64,000 nucleotides of DNA from positions 15,678-79,677 of the forward strand of contig DAOQWA010000010.1 in assembly GCA_035341855.1 (NCBI GenBank), written 5' to 3'. The notes under the pieces are model-generated. The model was not told the DNA's origin, searched no databases, and saw only the letters and a list, made by a program, of their open reading frames with translations. The first letter of the stretch is position 1. Every line of letters starts with the position of its first letter. This DNA comes from Bacteroidia bacterium. Its GTDB lineage: Bacteria; Bacteroidota; Bacteroidia; AKYH767-A; 2013-40CM-41-45. Below, one piece after another: positions 9,249 to 18,435 of this stretch. A program made the position numbers and the translations under genes.

Positions 9249-10465
9249 CAATTTTTGGATGCTAACAACTCCCGGTAATAAAGTTCTGTGTCCCTTATCA
9301 AACGGGTATAATGGAAGCGTTCTTTAACCAGATTCCAGCCTTGAAGACTCATCTTCTGTTTCAATGATTCATCATCAACTAAAAGCAATAGCTTATTGCT
9401 AAATTCTTTTTCATCGAAATCTTCAACCAATAATGCAGTTTCTCCGGGAATGACGATATTCTCAATTCCACCGACACGAGTTGAAATGATCGGTTTGTTG
9501 CCGGCTTGTGCCTCAATGAGACTGACAGGAGTGCCTTCGTTCAGCGAACTGAGAGCTACAATATCTAAACCTGAAATAGCAACGTCTACTTCATGTATCC
9601 AACTGCAGAATGTGACAACAGCCTTACGTGGATCTTCAGGGAAATAGGTATGTTCAAGGTTCAGATCCTGACATAATTTCAATAAATTTTTTCGGTCTTC
9701 ACCATCTCCGATCAGGAAAAGCCTAAGCTTTTTATTGGTTCGGTGCATCGTAAGTGCTGCTGCACGTAAAAACAGGGCCTGGTTTTTTATAGGTACAAGT
9801 CTACCGATGATCCCTATTGCAAGTTCGTCTTCTCCTAAAAAATATTTTTCTCGGAATGATTTTCGCTTTTCAACGATTCCTTCCTGAAACCTTGACAGAT
9901 CAAAACCTAGAGGGATAACTCTTACATTTTTATGTTTGGCAATTTTATATGTAGAGGCCAGTTCGAATTTTTGTTTTTCACTTATTGCAATGATACCTGA
10001 GCTACGCTTGGCAAGGTAACGTTCAATTGATATGAAAATCTTAGTTTTCATTGAGTTAAAGTACGAGTGGAAGACATGGCCATGAAAGGTATGAACTATC
10101 ACAGGAACTTTTTCATGAATAGCTGCCAGGCGTCCAAGGGTTCCTGCCTTAGCTGCATGCGTATGAACAATATCCGGCTTAAATTTTCGAATGATCTTTC
10201 TCAATTTTAAATAAGTGAACAGATCCTGAAACGGATTAATACTTCTTTTCATCTCAGGCACGAGAACATACTCTAAACCAAGATTATGAACAATAAAATC
10301 TGAACTTGCTTCTGATTTTTGTTTTACACCTGCTAATAGTAATGTTTCAAACTCCGCCGAAAGATGCTTAGTAAGCAGTGCAACATTAAAAGTCGGACCA
10401 CCAAGATTCAGGCGGTTAATTATTCGTAAAACTCGGGGCACAATATGAGAATGTAGTTGGCGCAA
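9248..10465 (-). CDS. Glycosyltransferase family 4 (GT-B, glycosyl transferase group 1)
   Basis: 405 aa. C-terminal EX7E-type motif (EGTPVSLIEAQAGNKPIISTRVGGIENIV) typical of retaining GT4 enzymes. Confidence 0.85.
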   Translation of the reverse strand: MRQLHSHIVPRVLRIINRLNLGGPTFNVALLTKHLSAEFETLLLAGVKQKSEASSDFIVHNLGLEYVLVPEMKRSINPFQDLFTYLKLRKIIRKFKPDIVHTHAAKAGTLGRLAAIHEKVPVIVHTFHGHVFHSYFNSMKTKIFISIERYLAKRSSGIIAISEKQKFELASTYKIAKHKNVRVIPLGFDLSRFQEGIVEKRKSFREKYFLGEDELAIGIIGRLVPIKNQALFLRAAALTMHRTNKKLRLFLIGDGEDRKNLLKLCQDLNLEHTYFPEDPRKAVVTFCSWIHEVDVAISGLDIVALSSLNEGTPVSLIEAQAGNKPIISTRVGGIENIVIPGETALLVEDFDEKEFSNKLLLLVDDESLKQKMSLQGWNLVKERFHYTRLIRDTELYYRELLASKN

Positions 10466-10684
10466 ATATAACCGAATATGATTGCTATTATTTTTAAATG
10501 GGGCTATTTAACGAAAGTAAAGGGTGAATAGCCTTTTGGGCTTGATGAACGAAATCAGAAATTTTAACCATTTAGTACATGATGAAATGATGAATGATCT
10601 GATCATTAAGCACATAGGATTTAGTCTTCCGGAGATAGGTACCAAAAAATATGTATCTTCGCCGACCTAAAAAAAGAAATTATT

Positions 10685-11377
10685 ATGAACAAGAAAGTAA
10701 TTTTACTTGCAATGTCATTCAGTATTGCGACTTTATTCTCCTGTAATGGACAAAAAGGGCAAAAAACTGTTTCATTAAAAAATTCGGCTGACTCAGTATC
10801 TTATGGAATCGGTATGTCCATCGGAGCTAACATGAAGAAAGATGGTTTGGATTCCTTGAATCTTAATATCTTGAAAATTGCAATGGAAGCTGCTATTAAA
10901 GGCGACAGCCTTTTGATGACAGGCGCAGAATCACAAGCTGCTATTCAAAACTACTTGGGTAAAAAGCAGGAAGCTAAGGCTTCTGCGACCGGTGCAGCAG
11001 GAAAGAAGTTCCTCGAGGAAAATAAGAACAAGCCCGGTGTAAAAGTCACAGATGATGGTCTGCAATATCAAGTAATTACTGAAGGAAACGGTCCGATGCC
11101 ATCAGCTGAAGATACAGTTGTTACTCATTACCATGGTACCTTGATCGACGGAACGGTTTTCGATAGTTCAGTTGAGCGTGGTGAGCCTGCTGAATTCCCG
11201 GTAGGGGCAGTCATCAAAGGATGGACTGAAGCCCTTCAAATGATGAAAGTCGGATCTAAGTGGAAACTTTTCATTCCGTCTGAACTGGCCTATGGAGATC
11301 GTCAGGCAGGACCTACGATTCTACCGAACTCAACCTTAATTTTCGAAGTTGAACTTCTTGAGATCAAAGGTAAATAA
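10685..11377 (+). CDS. FKBP-type peptidyl-prolyl cis-trans isomerase (FkpA/FklB-like), lipoprotein
   Basis: 230 aa. Signal with LFSC lipobox, and a C-terminal FKBP domain (DGTVFDSS...GEPAEFPVGAVIKGWTEALQMMKVGSKWKLFIPSELAYG). Confidence 0.85.
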   Translation: MNKKVILLAMSFSIATLFSCNGQKGQKTVSLKNSADSVSYGIGMSIGANMKKDGLDSLNLNILKIAMEAAIKGDSLLMTGAESQAAIQNYLGKKQEAKASATGAAGKKFLEENKNKPGVKVTDDGLQYQVITEGNGPMPSAEDTVVTHYHGTLIDGTVFDSSVERGEPAEFPVGAVIKGWTEALQMMKVGSKWKLFIPSELAYGDRQAGPTILPNSTLIFEVELLEIKGK

Positions 11378-11401
11378 GCTATTTTCTACAGAATATTGAA
11401 A

Positions 11402-11432
11402 AGAGGGTTCTTTAAGAGCCCTCTTTTTTTTG
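11402..11432 (+). terminator. Rho-independent terminator after the FKBP gene
   Basis: AGAGGG-ttctttaagag-CCCTCT stem-loop followed by T8. Confidence 0.7.
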
Positions 11433-11526
11433 CCTTTTTAAGTGATTAGTTTTTTTAGCAAAAATTTAACATAAATTTTTAACATTGATAATCAGTCGAT
11501 TATGTCGATTGTTGAATTAAATACAG

Positions 11527-11575
11527 TACTATGTATTGCATAGTATTATTTAATGACCATATCTTTGCATAGCAA
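11527..11575. promoter_or_regulatory. Two inverted repeats (TACTATG-N5-CATAGTA and TTGC-ATA-GCAA), candidate operator sites upstream of the DUF2807-PadR-PspC gene set
   Basis: Read directly: 11527-11545 tactatgtattgcatagta, a perfect 7-nt-arm palindrome. 11565-11575 ttgcatagcaa. The shared core TTGCATAG occurs twice, 28 nt apart. Confidence 0.25.
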
Positions 11576-11636
11576 TTAAAGCTTAAACCGGTAGAACAAT
11601 TCATAAAGGATCAGGATAACATTAAATCAAAAAGAA

Positions 11637-12263
11637 ATGAAAAACCAACTCCTCCTTGCAGTGATTTTATTATCAAATGCTGCCTGTGCTTTCTCCGCAA
11701 ATGGAGAAGCTGCGAATGCAAGTACAAAAGTGAAGTCATTAGACAATTTTTATGGTCTCGTGATCAACAGTACGGCAAATGTGATTTTAGAAACGGGTGA
11801 GAATTCCTCAATTCGATTTGAAGGGGAGCAGAGAGATCTGGAAAAAGTCAATACCAATATTGAAAATGGTAATCTGATAATTTCGGGATCAAACACAAAC
11901 CCACTCACTATCTATATCACAATTAAAGAACTCAACCTTGTTGAAGTAAATGGGTCCGCCAGAATATTCTCGTCCAATGTCATTAATTCAGATCTGCTAC
12001 TTCTTAAAGTGAATGGAAGTGGAAGTATTCGTTTGGATGTAAGAAGTCTTTCATTGGGAATGATCGTAAAAGGCTCCGGTAAGATTTATGCATCAGGTAG
12101 TACAGGTTCCAGTTTCACCCGGATCTATGGGGAAGGAAAAGTATACACGCCTGAACTGGACTCCTTCAATTCAAGTGTGGAAATTAATGATGGCACCCAG
12201 GCATACAGGTCAAATGCACGTGCATCTAACCTAAACAGACAACCTGAAAATTTTAATAATTAA
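11637..12263 (+). CDS. DUF2807/DUF4097-like (GIN / putative adhesin-head beta-helix) secreted protein
   Basis: 208 aa. Signal peptide, then repetitive beta-strand-rich sequence (NGNLIISGSN..., VNGSGSIRLDV..., KGSGKIYASGS) typical of this family. Confidence 0.55.
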   Translation: MKNQLLLAVILLSNAACAFSANGEAANASTKVKSLDNFYGLVINSTANVILETGENSSIRFEGEQRDLEKVNTNIENGNLIISGSNTNPLTIYITIKELNLVEVNGSARIFSSNVINSDLLLLKVNGSGSIRLDVRSLSLGMIVKGSGKIYASGSTGSSFTRIYGEGKVYTPELDSFNSSVEINDGTQAYRSNARASNLNRQPENFNN

Positions 12264-12330
12264 AATTATAGATCAATGATGATCATAATTAAAACAGTAT
12301 TACCCATTTACTCACTAAATAATAAAAGCT

Positions 12331-12678
12331 ATGAGCAGTAATCTTGAAAATACCCAGGCTCAGATGCGTAAAGGGGTTCTTGAGTTTTGTATTCTTTCGA
12401 TTTTGTCGCATGAGGAAGTATATCCTTCAGATATCATTGAGCGCATGAAGCAATCAAGACTGATTGTTGTTGAAGGCACACTATATCCATTGCTGACTCG
12501 TCTTAAGAATGCAGGTCTTCTTCAATATCGTTGGGAAGAAAGTAAATCAGGACCACCACGTAAATATTACTCGTTGACTCCTCTAGGGACCAAGTTCCTG
12601 GAAGAATTGCGACTAACCTGGAATGAATTGGTACAAGCCGTACACCTCACCACTCAAAAAAACAGCTATCATGAATAA
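12331..12678 (+). CDS. PadR-family transcriptional regulator
   Basis: 115 aa winged helix. ...YPSDIIERMKQ...VEGTLYPLLTRLKNAGLL...PRKYYSLTPLG... is the canonical PadR signature. Confidence 0.85.
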   Translation: MSSNLENTQAQMRKGVLEFCILSILSHEEVYPSDIIERMKQSRLIVVEGTLYPLLTRLKNAGLLQYRWEESKSGPPRKYYSLTPLGTKFLEELRLTWNELVQAVHLTTQKNSYHE

Positions 12679-14461
12679 GACAGTAACAGTCAATATAGGT
12701 GGAATAGTATTCCACATTGATGAAAACGCATACGAAAAATTCAAGAAATATCTTGAATCGATCCGGAGTCATTTTACCCAATCGGAAGGCCGCGACGAAA
12801 TCATGCAGGATATTGAATCGCGTATTGCAGAAATGTTTCAGGAGAAAATTAAAGACAGCAAGCATGTCATCACTCTTGAGGATGTTGATCAGGTCACAAC
12901 CCAAATGGGTAAGCCGGAACAATTCGGAGATGAGGATGAACAAGCTGCAGAAGGTCATGAAACAGACACTCACTTTACAGTAAAAAGAAGAATGTTCCGT
13001 AATCCGGATGATAAATTATTGGGTGGAGTATGTTCCGGCATTGCCAATTATTTTGATATCGATACAGTATGGGTGAGGTTGTTATTTGTAATACCTCTGC
13101 TAGCTTGGGGATCTGGAATTTTTCTGTACATACTTCTATGGATCATCCTACCTGAAGCTAAAACAACTGCAGAAAAGTTACAGATGAGAGGGGAGAAAGT
13201 AAATATTTCGAATATCGAAAAGAATATCAAAGAAGAACGCGAGTACGATAAAAGCAGAGCTGCTGAGTCGGGAAAGGAAAGAGGTAAAAAAGCGGGTACT
13301 GCAGTGGGTCGGATCTTCGAAGCTATTGGGGAAGTGATCAAATTCTTTTTCCTGTTCCTGGGTAAATTAATCTCAATAGTGTTTCTATTTGTAGGTCTTG
13401 TAGTTGTCTTTTGCCTTGTAATGTCATTGTTTGCTTTCTTGGGTGTTCCCGGAACCCAGTACCCGGAAATATGGAGACTGATTTTTGATTCTTCAACCCA
13501 GTTCACCTTCGCCTATATTGGGATCTTACTCTTAGTGAGTATACCATTTCTGATGCTGGCTTATCTTGGAGCACGGACTTTATTTAACATTCGTAAAGGA
13601 AGCCGGGCGGTTGGTCTCACTGCATTGGGACTTTGGTTGATTGGCCTCGGGATCTGTCTTTTTATTGGTATAAGGGTTGCTGATAATTTCTCGGAGAAAG
13701 AAAATGTTCGAAATAGTATGGAACTGATTCAACCAAAAAACAATAAAGTTGTCCTTGAAATGGTGCATACTAATAATGAAGAAAAGGATTATGGTTATGG
13801 ATTCGGAAGGAACTGGAAATCGGATTTCGATATTAAAGTCACGGAGGAAAATTTCATATCTAGTAATGTAAGTATTGATATAGTCAAAAGCCAAACTGAC
13901 TCATTCGAATTAGTTGAAATATTCTATGCCAGAGGAAATTCTAAAAAGGCTGCACTTGAAAGCGCATCAAAGATAAATTACACATATATTCAAAGCGATT
14001 CAGTCATCAGTCTTCAAAGATTCTTTTCAATCGATAAGGTTGATAAATACAGAGCCCAAAAGGTTCAGGTCTTGCTAAAAGTTCCTGTTGGCGCAGAAGT
14101 ATTCCTGGATCAGAGCTTATCATCTTATATTTATGATATTGATAACATCCAAAACATTTATGACAGAGACATGCTCGGTAGAACCTGGAAGATGACTTCA
14201 AAAGGGTTAAGCTGTGTGGATTGTGACGGAACAGAATCATCCATTGACGGCAGAAGGAATTTCTTTTATGATGATGATGGTAGTCATATTCGAATAGATG
14301 ATAGTGGAGTACACATTTCAGGGCCGGATGGAGAGCAAGTTGCGATTGATAGCAATGGAGTTATTATCAGGGACGGTAAAAAAACCAGAGTGAAGATCGA
14401 TACTAAAGGTATAAAGGTTACAGCGCCACCTGCTCCTGAGCCACCTGCCATCAGGTTATAA
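12671..14461 (+). CDS. PspC-domain membrane protein (phage-shock-protein C family) with a large C-terminal extracytoplasmic extension
   Basis: Start ATG at 12671 overlaps the PadR stop (ATGAATAA). PspC motif DDKLLGGVCSGIANYFDIDTVWVRLLFVI, followed by several TM helices and a beta-rich C-terminal domain of about 250 aa. The track ORF from 12623 is an upstream in-frame extension. Confidence 0.8.
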   Translation: MNKTVTVNIGGIVFHIDENAYEKFKKYLESIRSHFTQSEGRDEIMQDIESRIAEMFQEKIKDSKHVITLEDVDQVTTQMGKPEQFGDEDEQAAEGHETDTHFTVKRRMFRNPDDKLLGGVCSGIANYFDIDTVWVRLLFVIPLLAWGSGIFLYILLWIILPEAKTTAEKLQMRGEKVNISNIEKNIKEEREYDKSRAAESGKERGKKAGTAVGRIFEAIGEVIKFFFLFLGKLISIVFLFVGLVVVFCLVMSLFAFLGVPGTQYPEIWRLIFDSSTQFTFAYIGILLLVSIPFLMLAYLGARTLFNIRKGSRAVGLTALGLWLIGLGICLFIGIRVADNFSEKENVRNSMELIQPKNNKVVLEMVHTNNEEKDYGYGFGRNWKSDFDIKVTEENFISSNVSIDIVKSQTDSFELVEIFYARGNSKKAALESASKINYTYIQSDSVISLQRFFSIDKVDKYRAQKVQVLLKVPVGAEVFLDQSLSSYIYDIDNIQNIYDRDMLGRTWKMTSKGLSCVDCDGTESSIDGRRNFFYDDDGSHIRIDDSGVHISGPDGEQVAIDSNGVIIRDGKKTRVKIDTKGIKVTAPPAPEPPAIRL

Positions 14462-14528
14462 GAAATGATTTGCCGATAATAGAACATCGATAAATAATAC
14501 ATACTTTTTCAGACAATGATTGGTTTTT

Positions 14529-14556
14529 GACCCGCCTCTTGCAGGCGGGTTTTTTT
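14529..14556 (+). terminator. Rho-independent terminator after the PspC gene
   Basis: GACCCGCCT-cttgc-AGGCGGG-TTTTTTT. Confidence 0.85.
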
Positions 14557-14867
14557 ATTAAAAAATTTTTGCCCGTATGTAAAACCAAATAAAAGTTTTT
14601 ACACATTTGAAAAGAAGGTGAATGGTTGTATAGCAATCATTTGTTTTGATTAGCTAATAATCTAATATGTTTGAAAATTGGCAAAAAATCGCCATTTGTT
14701 GATAAATTTATCCGGTTATTGAAAACTAATTCACACAACGTAAATAGCATGCGTTCATCCGATGTATCTTTGTGTAAGAATATTTGACAGGATCAGTTTT
14801 CATTGTCATTAAAGATAGAATTGAGAATAACATAATTGTAAATTAAAAATCTAAAACCAATAAAAAA

Positions 14868-15935
14868 ATGGCAACAGCAACAGCAGAACCAAAGGAAAAG
14901 AAAGAAGGAAAAGAAAAAGAATTACAAAGAGAAAATGCGAAAGAGAAACTGAAGGCTCTTGAACTTACGATCGAGAAAATTGAGAAGGCCTATGGAAAAG
15001 GAACTATCATGAAACTTGGAGGTGAAGCTGTAGAACAGGTTGCTTCAATTTCAACCGGATCGATTTCGCTTGATAGCGCTCTGGGTATAGGTGGACTTCC
15101 GGTCGGCCGTGTCGTTGAAATATATGGTCCGGAATCTTCAGGTAAAACAACATTGGCGATTCATGCAATTGCGAACGTGCAAAAAAATGGAGGCATAGCG
15201 GCTTTTATAGATGCAGAACATGCTTTTGATAGTATGTACGCTCAAAAGCTCGGTGTTGATCTGGAGAATTTACTGATCTCTCAACCTGATAACGGTGAAC
15301 AGGCACTTGAAATTACTGAGAACCTTATTCGTTCAGGTGCGATCGATATTATTGTGATCGACTCTGTTGCTGCCTTAACTCCGAAAAGCGAAATCGAAGG
15401 GGAGATGGGTGACAGTAAAATGGGTTTGCAGGCGCGTTTGATGTCGCAGGCTTTGCGGAAGCTTACAGCATCTATTAATCGTACAGGCTGCTGTTGTATT
15501 TTCATCAATCAGCTCCGTGAGAAGATTGGTGTGATGTTTGGAAATCCTGAAACTACAACAGGAGGTAATGCCTTAAAGTTTTATTCTTCCGTTCGACTTG
15601 ACATTAGAAGAATAGGTCAGATAAAAGATGGAGATTCTATCGTAGGTAACAGAACCCGTGTGAAGATCGTGAAGAATAAGGTAGCGCCTCCGTTCCGCTT
15701 GGCAGAATTTGATATCATGTATGGTGAGGGAATCTCCAAAGTGGGTGAAATTGTAGACATCGGTGTAGACAAAGGAGTGATTAAAAAATCCGGATCATGG
15801 TTTAGCTATAATGAAACCAAACTAGGACAAGGCCGCGACTCGGTGAAGCAGTTGTTACTCGACAATCCTGAATTAGCGGACGAATTGGAAGCCAAAATTC
15901 GTCAGGCCATTGAAGACGCAACAAAGGCCGTCTGA
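14868..15935 (+). CDS. recA: Recombinase RecA
   Basis: 355 aa. Walker [12 protein letters not shown] and full-length RecA core, with a Lys/Glu-rich N-terminal extension of about 15 aa. Confidence 0.95.
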   Translation: MATATAEPKEKKEGKEKELQRENAKEKLKALELTIEKIEKAYGKGTIMKLGGEAVEQVASISTGSISLDSALGIGGLPVGRVVEIYGPESSGKTTLAIHAIANVQKNGGIAAFIDAEHAFDSMYAQKLGVDLENLLISQPDNGEQALEITENLIRSGAIDIIVIDSVAALTPKSEIEGEMGDSKMGLQARLMSQALRKLTASINRTGCCCIFINQLREKIGVMFGNPETTTGGNALKFYSSVRLDIRRIGQIKDGDSIVGNRTRVKIVKNKVAPPFRLAEFDIMYGEGISKVGEIVDIGVDKGVIKKSGSWFSYNETKLGQGRDSVKQLLLDNPELADELEAKIRQAIEDATKAV

Positions 15936-15952
15936 TTTTAATTTGTAATTTA

Positions 15953-15999
15953 GCACCATCAAGATATTCCGAATTCCGGGGTATTCTTGATGGTTTTTT
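15953..15999 (+). terminator. Rho-independent terminator after recA
   Basis: ACCATCAAGA ... TCTTGATGGT 10-bp stem with a 20-nt loop, followed by T7. Confidence 0.75.
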
Positions 16000-16014
16000 T
16001 ATGCCTTCAAAACA

Positions 16015-17046
16015 ATGAGATCTCATTTCTGCAGCCTTATTCTTTTTTGCCTGCTCACAGGAGCCTTGTCATCCTGCACTAATAAGCCTAATTCCGATGA
16101 ATCTGAAAAAGTGCAATCGCTTGACACGATGGATTCAGAGAATAAACTTCAGGCTCTCAATAATATGATTGCCAATTCACCTGATGATGCAAAGGCCTAT
16201 TACGAACGTGCTCTCATTTTCATACAAAAGAATATTTTGCAACAGGCATTTAAGGACCTCTCTATGGCGACAATCCTTGATTCCACAAACCCGGATTACT
16301 TTCTGATGCTGGCTGATGTGAGTTTTCGAGGCTTGCAAATACAGCAGTCAGTGAAAGCATTTGAAAAATGTCTTAATCTTGATCCGGAAAATATTGAAGC
16401 CAATCTTAAATTGAGTGAATTGTATATGTATCTGAAAGCTTATCCAAAAGCTATTGAGTATGCGAATGAAGCTTTGAGAATTGATAGCCGAAGATCCAAA
16501 GCTTATTTTATAAAGGGTTTTGTGTATAAAGAATCCGGTGACACAAGCAGGGCAATATCAAGCTTCACAACCGTAACCGAGTTGGACCCGCAAAATTACG
16601 ATGCATATATACAATTGGGAATTTTATATGCTGCCAAGGATAATGACCTTGCTCTTCAATATTATACCAATGCATTGAGAGTCCGCCCTGCATCTGAAGA
16701 AGCTTTGTACAATAGAGGATTGTACTATCAGGAATCCGGCCTGCTTGAAAAGGCAGAGGAAGACTATAAGGCTATAATTGCAAAGAATTCAAATTACGCA
16801 GACGCATATTATAATCTAGGATTTATTGCGCTAGTGAATAAAAAGGATTACCCGGAGGCTATTAAACAATTCAGTGCTGCATTGAAGGCAGACCAGAATT
16901 ATGTTGAAGCTTTTTACAATCGGGGTCTTGCCTATGAATACTCGGGTGATAAAGATGCTGCCATAAAGGACTATCGTAGTGCGCTTTCGATTTTTCCAAC
17001 CTATGCTCTTGCTAAGGAGCGATTATCAGGTCTCGGAAGCTTTTAG
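16015..17046 (+). CDS. Tetratricopeptide-repeat (TPR) lipoprotein
   Basis: 343 aa. Signal with a C at about position 21 (LSSCTN), then about 8 TPR units with recurring AxxYYNRGLxY/ALxxDPxN patterns. Confidence 0.7.
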   Translation: MRSHFCSLILFCLLTGALSSCTNKPNSDESEKVQSLDTMDSENKLQALNNMIANSPDDAKAYYERALIFIQKNILQQAFKDLSMATILDSTNPDYFLMLADVSFRGLQIQQSVKAFEKCLNLDPENIEANLKLSELYMYLKAYPKAIEYANEALRIDSRRSKAYFIKGFVYKESGDTSRAISSFTTVTELDPQNYDAYIQLGILYAAKDNDLALQYYTNALRVRPASEEALYNRGLYYQESGLLEKAEEDYKAIIAKNSNYADAYYNLGFIALVNKKDYPEAIKQFSAALKADQNYVEAFYNRGLAYEYSGDKDAAIKDYRSALSIFPTYALAKERLSGLGSF

Positions 17047-17074
17047 ATCATCTGCTAGTCATTGCAAAAAAAAA

Positions 17075-17093
17075 GGGAACCTGGTGGGTTCCC
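17075..17093 (-). terminator. Rho-independent terminator for rplT (bidirectional hairpin)
   Basis: GGGAACC-tggtg-GGTTCCC preceded by A9 on the plus strand, which is T9 after the stem when read on the minus strand. Confidence 0.75.
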
Positions 17094-17130
17094 TCTGTCA
17101 TTCAAAAACTAAAAACTAATGGCTTAGTTC

Positions 17131-17475
17131 TTATTTTACTGAATCAATCACTGCTTTGAAAGCTTGCGGATGGTTCATTGCCAAATCAGCAAGCGTTTTA
17201 CGGTTCAGGCCTAGATTCTTCGCGTGTATCTTTCCCATTAATTCAGAATAACTCATGTCATGTTCGCGTGCTCCCGCATTGATACGCTGAATCCAAAGAG
17301 AACGAAAGTTTCTCTTTTTTGTACGACGATCACGGTATGCATATCCTAAACCTTTTTCAACTGTGTTCTTTGCAACAGTTAATACATTTCCTCTAGATCC
17401 AAAATTTCCTTTGGCTAGTTTCAACATTTTTTTTCTCCGTGCTCTTGAGGCAACGGCATTGACTGAACGTGGCAT
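17131..17475 (-). CDS. rplT: 50S ribosomal protein L20
   Basis: 114 aa. [16 protein letters not shown]... is the canonical L20 sequence. Confidence 0.95.
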   Translation of the reverse strand: MPRSVNAVASRARRKKMLKLAKGNFGSRGNVLTVAKNTVEKGLGYAYRDRRTKKRNFRSLWIQRINAGAREHDMSYSELMGKIHAKNLGLNRKTLADLAMNHPQAFKAVIDSVK

Positions 17476-17555
17476 TTTAAATTGTTTTCGACTGGAGCGC
17501 CTCCATATCAGGAGAACTTTAGCTCTTTGTCAGGTTAATAAATGAGATGAACATT

Positions 17556-17753
17556 TTACTTCATCACCAACATTTTGGCAACTCTGTTATAGTCAGAATC
17601 AGAAACAATAGTTGTACCTGTAAGGTTTCGCTTTTGCTTCGTCTCTTTCTTTGTCAGAATGTGACTTTTGTAGGCGTGCTTTCTTTTAATCTTTCCAGTG
17701 CCGGTGAGGCTGAAGCGCTTCTTTGAACCGGAATGGGTTTTAACTTTAGGCAT
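17556..17753 (-). CDS. rpmI: 50S ribosomal protein L35
   Basis: 65 aa. [14 protein letters not shown]... is the canonical L35 sequence. Confidence 0.95.
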   Translation of the reverse strand: MPKVKTHSGSKKRFSLTGTGKIKRKHAYKSHILTKKETKQKRNLTGTTIVSDSDYNRVAKMLVMK

Positions 17754-17782
17754 TAATAGATATATTAAATTGTTTATACTCT

Positions 17783-18385
17783 TTATTTTTTTTTCTTGTT
17801 AGGAAGGGGAGCAAGGTGTAAAAACATCCTGTTTCCTTCCAGCTTTGGCATTAATTCTACTTTACCGTATTCTTCCAGGGCCTGAGCAAATTTCAGGAGG
17901 ATTATCTCTCCCTTTTCTTTGTATGCAATTGAACGACCTTTGAAATGAACGTATGCTTTTACTTTATTTCCTTCTTCTAAAAAGGTGATGGCATGTTTTA
18001 CTTTGAAATTGAAATCATGATCATCTGTATTAGGGCCGAAGCGTATCTCTTTCACCACTTGCTTTCCCTGCTTCGCCTTCATCTCCTTTTCCTTCTTCTT
18101 CTTGTCGTATAGAAACTTTTGGTATTCTATAATTCGACAAACCGGAGGCTCTGCTGTTGGTACGATCTCGACAAGATCAAGCTCCATTTCTTTTGCCATC
18201 TTCAAGGCATCTTCCCTTGAATAGACATCGCTAGTGATATTGTCGCCAACTAATCGAACTTCTGTAGCTCGAATGAGTTCATTTATACGATGTTCGGCTT
18301 CCCTTTTGAGTGGACCACGACCCCTCTGAAAGGGTGACCTGCTGAATATCGGTCTTGGTGGTCGGTTATTACTTTGAGTGGCTAT
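17783..18385 (-). CDS. infC: Translation initiation factor IF-3, with a non-AUG start (ATA at 18385..18383, or ATC at 18415)
   Basis: The track ORF (17783..18205) begins at an internal Met. Hand translation upstream in the same frame continues ...[91 protein letters not shown]..., which is the IF-3 N-domain. No in-frame ATG follows the upstream stop. A GGAGG sits 5 nt upstream of ATA. Confidence 0.85.
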   Translation of the reverse strand: MATQSNNRPPRPIFSRSPFQRGRGPLKREAEHRINELIRATEVRLVGDNITSDVYSREDALKMAKEMELDLVEIVPTAEPPVCRIIEYQKFLYDKKKKEKEMKAKQGKQVVKEIRFGPNTDDHDFNFKVKHAITFLEEGNKVKAYVHFKGRSIAYKEKGEIILLKFAQALEEYGKVELMPKLEGNRMFLHLAPLPNKKKK

Positions 18386-18435
18386 TTGATCCTCCTTTTT
18401 AAGCGTGATTCTGTGTTTTTATAATTGTTTAAGTA

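Noticed and set aside
12647-13506. Minus-strand ORFs 12647..12973 and 13048..13506 (108 and 152 aa)
   Set aside because: They are embedded antisense in the PspC-domain gene, which has the diagnostic PspC motif. They are compositional shadows.
14868-14930. Possible mis-called recA start (long Lys/Glu-rich N-terminus)
   Set aside because: There is no alternative in-frame ATG between the extension and the conserved core that would give a canonical N-terminus. Bacteroidota RecA proteins commonly carry such an extension, so the call at 14868 is kept.
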